Positions 57,625 to 64,000 of a stretch of DNA of 64,000 nt are shown one piece after another. The stretch spans positions 19,466-83,465 of the forward strand of contig JAEEIL010000002.1 of the NCBI GenBank assembly GCA_016281355.1, written 5' to 3'. The stretch is from Elusimicrobiaceae bacterium. Lineage in GTDB: Bacteria; Elusimicrobiota; Elusimicrobia; Elusimicrobiales; Elusimicrobiaceae. How positions within the stretch are numbered: the stretch's first letter is position 1; each line of letters starts with the position of its first letter. The notes below the pieces were generated by a model, which was not told the DNA's origin, ran no database searches, and worked only from the letters and a program-made list of their open reading frames with translations. The position numbers and the translations under genes were made by a program.

Positions 57625-59056
57625 AACTTTTAAGGGCTTTTAGGGCCTCTTCCTCATCTGAAAAATGTATTTTGCCTGTGGGCAATATTTGATAGTCTTC
57701 ATGGCCTTTGCCGGCAATTAAAATTATGTCACCTGCTTTGGCTTGGCTTATCGCTTTATTTATCGCTTTACGCCTATCAAGTTCCACTTCATAATTTGTA
57801 TGCTTGCCGACACCTTTTAAAATATCTTTTAAAATATTTTGCGGATCTTCGCGGCGCGGATTATCATTTGTTATTATAACAAAATCGCTATTTTCCACCG
57901 TGCAAGCACCCATTAAAGGGCGTTTTGTTGTATCACGCTCGCCGCCGCAACCAAAGACAGTTATAATTTTACCTTTTTTATAAGGTTTAACGGTATCAAA
58001 AGCGCGTAATAAAGCCTCTTGTGTATAGGCAAAATCTACAAAAACATAAAAGGGCTGGCCTGCTTTTATTGCCTGCATACGGCCTGCAACACCTTGTAAA
58101 CTGCCAACACCTTTTATGGCTGTCTCCAAATCTATTCCGTAAGTGCTTGCCGCCGCAATTGCTGCCAAAGCATTATAAACATTATGCGCACCAAGCAAAT
58201 TTATTTTTGCGGTTTTACCGTTTACTTTAAAAGTTACACCGTCTAAAGAAGGTTGTATATCCGTTGCCGCAAAATCCGCTTTGCCCTTAATTGAATAAGT
58301 TAAAATTTTGATTTTACCCTCAAGCATTTTATAAAGTTTTTGGCCGTATTCGTCGTCAATGTTTATAATTGCAGTTTTGTTTTGCTTTGAGTTTTTGGGG
58401 TCAAGTAAACTCTCAAAAAGTTTATATTTTGCTTTAAAATAATTTTCAAAAGTATGATGGAAATCTAAATGGTCGCGTTGTAAATTGGTAAAAATTGCCG
58501 TATCAAAATTTACACCGTCCACACGTTTTAATTCCAAAGCGTGGGAGGAAACTTCCATAATACAACTGTCCGCTTTTTGATTAACTGCTGTGTATAAAAT
58601 ATTTTGCAAAGTTAAAGCAGCCGGTGTTGTATTTGGTGCTTTGCTTAAAACTTCGCGGTTAATACGGTAATTTATTGTGCCAAGTACAGCCGGAATTTTG
58701 CCGGCCGCAATCAAAATACTTTCAAGCAAATAAGAGATACTTGTTTTCCCTTTTGTACCCGTTATTGCAAACATTTTGAGTTTATTTGATGGGTTATCAT
58801 AAAATTTAAGTGCGACGGCGGCCATAGCGGCCTCAATATCTTTAACTAAAACTGATTCTTTATAAGGTAACTTTTCTTGGCTGATTATAGCGCAAGCACC
58901 GTTTTGCAAGGCAGCAGGTATAAATTTATGCCCGTCAACGGTATGGCCTTTAATTGCAAAAAACACAAAACCCTTTTGCACTTTTTGGGAATCTTGCGTT
59001 AAGCCCAAAACCTCACAATCAAAATTTGCTGTTGGAAAAAGTTCTCTAAGTTTCAT
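57617..59056 (-). CDS. murE: UDP-N-acetylmuramoyl-L-alanyl-D-glutamate--2,6-diaminopimelate ligase
   Basis: ITGTKGKTS P-loop and DNPR motif (meso-DAP type). I use ATG 59056 (MKLRELF). The track start at 59074 is a TTG. Confidence 0.9.
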   Translation of the reverse strand: MKLRELFPTANFDCEVLGLTQDSQKVQKGFVFFAIKGHTVDGHKFIPAALQNGACAIISQEKLPYKESVLVKDIEAAMAAVALKFYDNPSNKLKMFAITGTKGKTSISYLLESILIAAGKIPAVLGTINYRINREVLSKAPNTTPAALTLQNILYTAVNQKADSCIMEVSSHALELKRVDGVNFDTAIFTNLQRDHLDFHHTFENYFKAKYKLFESLLDPKNSKQNKTAIINIDDEYGQKLYKMLEGKIKILTYSIKGKADFAATDIQPSLDGVTFKVNGKTAKINLLGAHNVYNALAAIAAASTYGIDLETAIKGVGSLQGVAGRMQAIKAGQPFYVFVDFAYTQEALLRAFDTVKPYKKGKIITVFGCGGERDTTKRPLMGACTVENSDFVIITNDNPRREDPQNILKDILKGVGKHTNYEVELDRRKAINKAISQAKAGDIILIAGKGHEDYQILPTGKIHFSDEEEALKALKSYV

Positions 59057-59066
59057 AAAATATATT

Positions 59067-59849
59067 ATGCTCAAAAAATCTTTACTAGAAAAATTATATA
59101 CAAAATATAACCACTTGTGTTATGTTTCGCCCGATCCTTTACAATTTTGTCGCCCTTATAAATACAAAGAGCAACAGGAAATTGTCTGCCTTATTGCCGC
59201 GTCTTTCGCTTACGGTAATGTTAAGCAGATAATAAAAGCCGTCAATAATATTTTACTTAATTTAGGGCCTAGACCGAAAGAGTTTCTTTTAAAAACAACC
59301 AAACCCGAACTTAAAAAAATGTTTAAAAACTTCAAATACCGTTTTACAACAGGGGCGGAAACGGCCGATTTTTTGTGGGCAATTTCCCAAACCGTAAAAG
59401 AATACGGCAGTTTGGAAAACCTGTTTTTAAAATTTTATAAACCGAATAAAGATTTTGTTTTTGCCCTTAAAAACTTTGCCGCACATTTAAGAAGTTACGG
59501 CGATATCAACACCCTTATACCAAACCCGGCAAAAAACAGTGCTTTAAAACGCCTTAATTTATTTTTGCGTTGGTGCGTTAGATGTGACGAAGTAGACCTC
59601 GGTTGTTGGAAAGGTGTGAACTGCGCCGATTTACTTATTCCCTTAGATGTACACATGCACCGTGCCGCTAAGGCTTTAGGTTTAACTAAACGCAATCAAG
59701 CCGACCTTAAAACCGCTTTGGAAATTTCCGCCAATCTTGCTAAAATTAACCCGCAAGACCCTATAAAATATGATTTTTGCTTAACGCGTTTTGGTATCCG
59801 CCCCGACATGAGCGAAAAAGATTTGGAAGAGATGGCTAAAAAGTTGTAA
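59067..59849 (+). CDS. conserved hypothetical protein, DUF2400/TIGR02757-like
   Basis: 260 aa. N-terminal ...DPLQF...EIVCLIAASFAYGNVKQI... and C-terminal CLTRFGIR resemble my memory of that family. Unverified. Confidence 0.45.
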   Translation: MLKKSLLEKLYTKYNHLCYVSPDPLQFCRPYKYKEQQEIVCLIAASFAYGNVKQIIKAVNNILLNLGPRPKEFLLKTTKPELKKMFKNFKYRFTTGAETADFLWAISQTVKEYGSLENLFLKFYKPNKDFVFALKNFAAHLRSYGDINTLIPNPAKNSALKRLNLFLRWCVRCDEVDLGCWKGVNCADLLIPLDVHMHRAAKALGLTKRNQADLKTALEISANLAKINPQDPIKYDFCLTRFGIRPDMSEKDLEEMAKKL

Positions 59850-59857
59850 AAAATTGT

Positions 59858-60325
59858 TTAACAACAAAAGCAATCATACACATCATAATTATTATCCGTT
59901 ATATCCTGGATACCAAGAATTTCTGAATAATCTCTAGTCGTATGACCGCCAGGGGAACAAGTTCCATCATAATCTTGTGTTAAAACGAATTTATAATCAG
60001 TTGTAATACAAACACAAACTTCTTCTTTTCTATATATAGCACTTGCCAATATCTTTTGTGGATCTGATGCCATACAAATATTAAAATTTTCGGAATCTAA
60101 GGATATTTCATCTACCCAGTAATCATAACCACAAAATTCATCTCCCGTTTGCAATCTGCATACCTCTTCAATTTGGGCGACGGCTTTTAATTTAATAAAT
60201 ACTTCAGCGAAATCTGCTTTAATTTTCGCTTTTTGATACTGTGGTAAAGCAATACTTGCTAAAATACCGATAATCAAAATTACTACCAAAAGTTCCAACA
60301 AAGTAAAACCCTTTTTATTTATCAT
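59858..60325 (-). CDS. type IV pilin-like protein, Cys-rich, downstream of comEC
   Basis: MINKKGFTLLELLVVILIIGILASIALPQY after AGGAG. 8 Cys in the C-terminal part, ending in DCFCC. Confidence 0.8.
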   Translation of the reverse strand: MINKKGFTLLELLVVILIIGILASIALPQYQKAKIKADFAEVFIKLKAVAQIEEVCRLQTGDEFCGYDYWVDEISLDSENFNICMASDPQKILASAIYRKEEVCVCITTDYKFVLTQDYDGTCSPGGHTTRDYSEILGIQDITDNNYDVYDCFCC

Positions 60326-60369
60326 AAAATCTCCTAAAAACATTTTTTACAAATTTATTATATCAAAAA

Positions 60370-62214
60370 TTAGAAAACTATATATTCCTTTCCGTTTTCT
60401 ATTGCTTTTAAGTTGCTTGCGGTAGCAATTTGCCCTACTTTAAAAGATAAATTATTGTTTGTGCCTATTTGCTTTTTACCGTCAATTAAAACCCAGCCGT
60501 TCTCTGCCGTAACACCACAATAATCTTGCCCGGCAAAAGCAGGCATAATTTTGGCATTTGTCTTTATTAAAAGTGGTTCAATTTCTTTGGAAATTTCCCC
60601 ATACGGTAAGTATATATTTTTGATTTTTAAATCAAAATCATTAAGCATATAAAAATAACTTTTTGAAAGTGAATTTATAAATAAACAGTCAATCTTTTTA
60701 GTACCTAACGCGAGCAAAGCCTTTTTGGCAGTACTGCCGTTAATACTTGCACCAAGCATTTTTGCTTGATTACCATCCAGCAAAATTACATTTAAATTAT
60801 ACCGTCCTTTTAAAACGGTAACTTCTTGCGGTTTAATAAAAATACCGCAGCTGAAAATCAATATCGTCAAGATAAAAACAATAATAAAACTTTTCAATTT
60901 CTTTTTAAACAAAGGTAAATTAAGCAAGTAAAAAAGCAAAATGTAATAGGCAATTATTGTGGTGCTTTTTAAAGCAGGCGCCGTTATATTAGACATCGGC
61001 AAACTTGCAAAAAAGTTTACTAAATACTCAAAACACAAAAGTAAAAATTTAATTACAAATAATACGGGAACAAAAATAAATTTAACAAAAGATGCAAGCC
61101 AAAGTATAAAACCGCCTGCCATTAAAACTGCACTCAAAGGCACTAAAAACAAGTTTGAAAATACTGCACTAAATGAAATTTTATAGAAGTAATTTGTAAA
61201 TACAGGCACTAGTGCAAGTTGCGCCCATAAGGAAACAAAAAACAATTCCAACCCCCATCTTAATACAGGCGGGATTTTATAATTTATTTTAAAATTTGAA
61301 GTAAATAAAATTATTGCACAAGTTGCCAAAATTGACATTTGAAAGCCGGCCTCAAATAAACTTTGCGGATTTACAATTAAAATGAAAAACGCCGCCAAAA
61401 GTAAACCTTGCATTATTCCGCTTTTGCGCCCTAGAATAAAACCGACAGTTCCGGCAACAGTCATTAAGTACGCACGAAGCAAAGGTGCATCCGCCCCGGC
61501 AATAAGTGTATAAACCAAAGCGGCGGCAAGTGCAGTAAATGCTATTCTTTTGCGGCCCCCGATAAACAAAGAACACAAAAAGTAAACAATTAAAGTAACA
61601 AAACCCACATTTCCGCCGGATGCCACAAGCAAATGCATGGCACCGCTGTCTTGAAAGGCGGTGTATAAAGTGTCTGAAATATCGCCTTTTTCGCCAAGTG
61701 TAATACCACTTAAAATTGCGGCGGAATTTGCCGGCAAATTATCCTTGAAAACATTTAAAATACTTGTGCGTACTTTAGCAAGATAAAACCAAAAACTTTT
61801 TGGGCTTTCTGTTTGTTTAATTTCGCTGATATTCCCTTGCGTAAAAATATGTTTACGGGCAAGATATTTATCCCACTCAAAAGAACCGTAATTATCACTA
61901 TCGCCGGGGACAAATAAATCGGCCTTAAAAGTTATTATTTGGCCTCTTTGTAACTCTGGGCAATTTTTGCAAGATAAATATATTTTGCCTTTTTGATTTT
62001 CCCCGTCTAAAGTTAAAATATCTGCGGTAAAAAGTTGTTTGTCCTCTTTATTGCGGGGGTAAGAATTTATATAAGCACTGATTTCGGCTTTAAGCGGAAG
62101 TTTATAAAAAATATCGTCTTGCTTGGGTTTTGGAACTTTTAAAAATATGGCAAGCGCTAAAACATAAATCAGAAAAACTATTAAAAAAGGCCTTTTGTAA
62201 AAAGACGGGTGCAT
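60370..62214 (-). CDS. comEC: ComEC/Rec2-family DNA internalisation channel protein
   Basis: 614 aa. N-terminal OB-like region, then the polytopic competence domain with SGAMHLLVASGGNVG. Confidence 0.8.
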   Translation of the reverse strand: MHPSFYKRPFLIVFLIYVLALAIFLKVPKPKQDDIFYKLPLKAEISAYINSYPRNKEDKQLFTADILTLDGENQKGKIYLSCKNCPELQRGQIITFKADLFVPGDSDNYGSFEWDKYLARKHIFTQGNISEIKQTESPKSFWFYLAKVRTSILNVFKDNLPANSAAILSGITLGEKGDISDTLYTAFQDSGAMHLLVASGGNVGFVTLIVYFLCSLFIGGRKRIAFTALAAALVYTLIAGADAPLLRAYLMTVAGTVGFILGRKSGIMQGLLLAAFFILIVNPQSLFEAGFQMSILATCAIILFTSNFKINYKIPPVLRWGLELFFVSLWAQLALVPVFTNYFYKISFSAVFSNLFLVPLSAVLMAGGFILWLASFVKFIFVPVLFVIKFLLLCFEYLVNFFASLPMSNITAPALKSTTIIAYYILLFYLLNLPLFKKKLKSFIIVFILTILIFSCGIFIKPQEVTVLKGRYNLNVILLDGNQAKMLGASINGSTAKKALLALGTKKIDCLFINSLSKSYFYMLNDFDLKIKNIYLPYGEISKEIEPLLIKTNAKIMPAFAGQDYCGVTAENGWVLIDGKKQIGTNNNLSFKVGQIATASNLKAIENGKEYIVF

Positions 62215-62807
62215 TAGAGGTCCGTCCGCCCTTTAAGGGAGTGGGTTAAAGTCATTTCGTCAATATAATCAAGTTGTGCGCCAAGCGGTACACCGTAACC
62301 AAGGCGCGAAATTTTGCCAACTAAACCGCGAAGCAAATCCGCCAAATATAAGGCGGTCATTTCGCCCTCGCTATCGGGGTTTGTGGCCAAAATAATTTCT
62401 TTAATTTCTATAGGGGAATTTTGCACGCGTTCCAAAAGTTCGCGCACTTTTAAATGGTCAATATTTTTACCTTCAAGAGGGGAAACCGCCCCATGCAAAA
62501 CATGGTAAACACCTTTATAAACTTTTGTTTTTTCAATGGCTTCAATATCTTTAGCTTCTTGCACAACGCACAAAATTGATTTATCACGGCTTTTATCGGC
62601 ACAAATAGGGCAAATGTCATCCTCTGCATAATTAAAACACTCTGTGCAATATTTAACATTTTTGCGGGCTTCTTTTAAGGCTTCAATTAAGGCGGAAACT
62701 TCTGCCTCGGGTGCACGCAAATAATGCAAGGTAAAACGCTCCGCCTGGCGCGGACCTACACCCTGTAATTTGCGGAAACAATTTTTTAAATTCTCAAGCG
62801 TTTTCAT
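62214..62807 (-). CDS. recR: recombination protein RecR
   Basis: LQGVGPRQAERF HhH, C4 zinc finger CTECFNYAEDDICPIC, Toprim domain. Confidence 0.9.
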   Translation of the reverse strand: MKTLENLKNCFRKLQGVGPRQAERFTLHYLRAPEAEVSALIEALKEARKNVKYCTECFNYAEDDICPICADKSRDKSILCVVQEAKDIEAIEKTKVYKGVYHVLHGAVSPLEGKNIDHLKVRELLERVQNSPIEIKEIILATNPDSEGEMTALYLADLLRGLVGKISRLGYGVPLGAQLDYIDEMTLTHSLKGRTDL

Positions 62808-64000
62808 CTTTTGTACTTATGATCTGGCCGTCAAATAAGTTCAAAATATTTTGGGTAACTTCGCCGGCCTTAACTTCTGCCTTTGTGGAGAAATCTTGCA
62901 TTGAAAATGGTTCTTCCTTGCTTATGAGTTCCTCTTTTTTAACAGGGGCCTCCGCCGGTAAAGGTGCTGTGATGGGTGCAGCTGCTACAACCGGTTGTTT
63001 TAAAACTTCAACATACCTAGGGCTTTGCAAGGATGCTTCCCTTGCACTTACATTAAACTCAAAATTTATTTTGCGGTTAAACAGTTTTAAGGCAATACCT
63101 TCAAGGTCTTTTTCGCGTCTTTCGCATGCATCTTTGGCAAAATAATCTTTCACTTCAAAAACCCAATTTTCCGGTGTAGTAAATTGGACTTTTGCACCTT
63201 GTAAACTATCTTCCAAGAACGGTGAAGTTTCCGCTAAAGCATTTTTAAAAACAGGTAAAGCGGTTACCGGGTTAAATGGTGTTGCATCTTGGGTTACTTT
63301 TTGTTTTTGTTCGGTAATTTCTTCATTTTCTGCCGGTTTTACCTCTATTTTTTTTATTTTACGGGCGGGTTTTGTTTCAAGTTTTTCTTCTGTTTGATTA
63401 TTACCGGATGAACTTGGTGTTATATCATTTGTTTCACCCTTTTCGAGTGCTTCTAGGCGGGCAATTAAACCTTCAATATCAAGGGTGGCCTGCATTAAAG
63501 TAAATAGGCCGACTTCCGCCGCCAAAGCAGGAGTATCGGAATACTTAACTTCATCATAAAGTTTTGAAAGTTTGCGGGTTAAACCTGCAATAAAACTTGG
63601 GGATGTTTCTTTGATAATATCTTCAGCACCGTCAAAAGGGGCAGATCCGGAACCAAGAGTAAAATAAAATATTTCGCCAAAAGCGGTTTTTAAATCTTTG
63701 AGTAAAGCCAAGGCATCAAAACCTTCGCGTTTTACCATTTCAAAAACTTCGTGTAACTTTTTCTCGTCTTTACGAACTAATGCAAAAGCAGTTTCCTTTA
63801 CCACATCACGCGGCATAAGGCCCAACATTTTGGCAATAAGTTCTTCATCAACGCGCCCGTTTGAAAATGATAAAGCCCTATCTAAAATTGTTAAAGCATC
63901 ACGCAAAGCACCGCCGGCATTTTTTGCAATTTGTTTGGCGGCGCCATCTGTAAGTTCAAAATTTTCCGCGCCGGCGAGGTCCAAAAGATGATTAACAATT
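62794..64000 (-). CDS. dnaX: DNA polymerase III gamma/tau subunit, C-terminal part (5' end outside window)
   Basis: ...AKNAGGALRDALTILD... is the clamp-loader domain III pattern. The frame stays open to the window edge. Classical dnaX-recR neighbourhood. Confidence 0.8.
   Translation of the reverse strand, partial: IVNHLLDLAGAENFELTDGAAKQIAKNAGGALRDALTILDRALSFSNGRVDEELIAKMLGLMPRDVVKETAFALVRKDEKKLHEVFEMVKREGFDALALLKDLKTAFGEIFYFTLGSGSAPFDGAEDIIKETSPSFIAGLTRKLSKLYDEVKYSDTPALAAEVGLFTLMQATLDIEGLIARLEALEKGETNDITPSSSGNNQTEEKLETKPARKIKKIEVKPAENEEITEQKQKVTQDATPFNPVTALPVFKNALAETSPFLEDSLQGAKVQFTTPENWVFEVKDYFAKDACERREKDLEGIALKLFNRKINFEFNVSAREASLQSPRYVEVLKQPVVAAAPITAPLPAEAPVKKEELISKEEPFSMQDFSTKAEVKAGEVTQNILNLFDGQIISTKDENA

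Noticed and set aside
62794-62807. dnaX directly overlapping recR without the usual ybaB between them
   Set aside because: The gene order varies among phyla. The 14-nt overlap is consistent with the compact style of this genome, so it is not evidence of a deletion or anomaly.

Overview
AT-rich, very densely packed bacterial chromosomal segment. About 60 real genes, many with overlapping or abutting boundaries. No rRNA, CRISPR array, transposase or integrase is visible. Most of it is core housekeeping. It holds ispA-dxs, metK and xth. A roughly 12-gene minus-strand gene train runs 21570->9926: YfcC, an SSS transporter, thiamine pyrophosphokinase, hpt, ftsH, glmM, pdxJ, glmS, acpS and nnrD. There is a complete F1Fo ATP synthase operon (atpZ-B-E-F-H-A-[hldD]-G-D-C) followed by deoB, and a purine cluster (guaC, apt, purB, purA). 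Also present are mutS-mutL, murE-murD, dnaX-recR-comEC and three tRNAs: Thr-TGT, a CAT-anticodon Met/Ile2 tRNA, and Asp-GTC. Three singleton type IV pilin-like genes (N-terminus KGFTL(I/L)ELLVV) are scattered among the housekeeping genes. By my recollection this is typical of Elusimicrobium-like genomes, which is an inference only. The accessory or unusual content is as follows. (1) An orphan 904-aa DEAH helicase with two apparent membrane spans and an unassignable C-terminal module. (2) A secreted 8-repeat ankyrin protein next to a tRNA, bracketed by two copies of the same terminator hairpin. (3) A serpin-like/SH3b/anchored-protein trio. (4) A promoter-equipped pair of Asn/Thr/Cys-rich secreted proteins of unknown fold. 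(5) hldD wedged inside the atp operon. (6) An archaeal-type short PurA. (7) A recurrent signature of -10 boxes sitting 5-8 nt from ATG with no Shine-Dalgarno, suggesting leaderless mRNAs. I cannot show that any of these is a new system. The helicase and the ankyrin islet are the best candidates.
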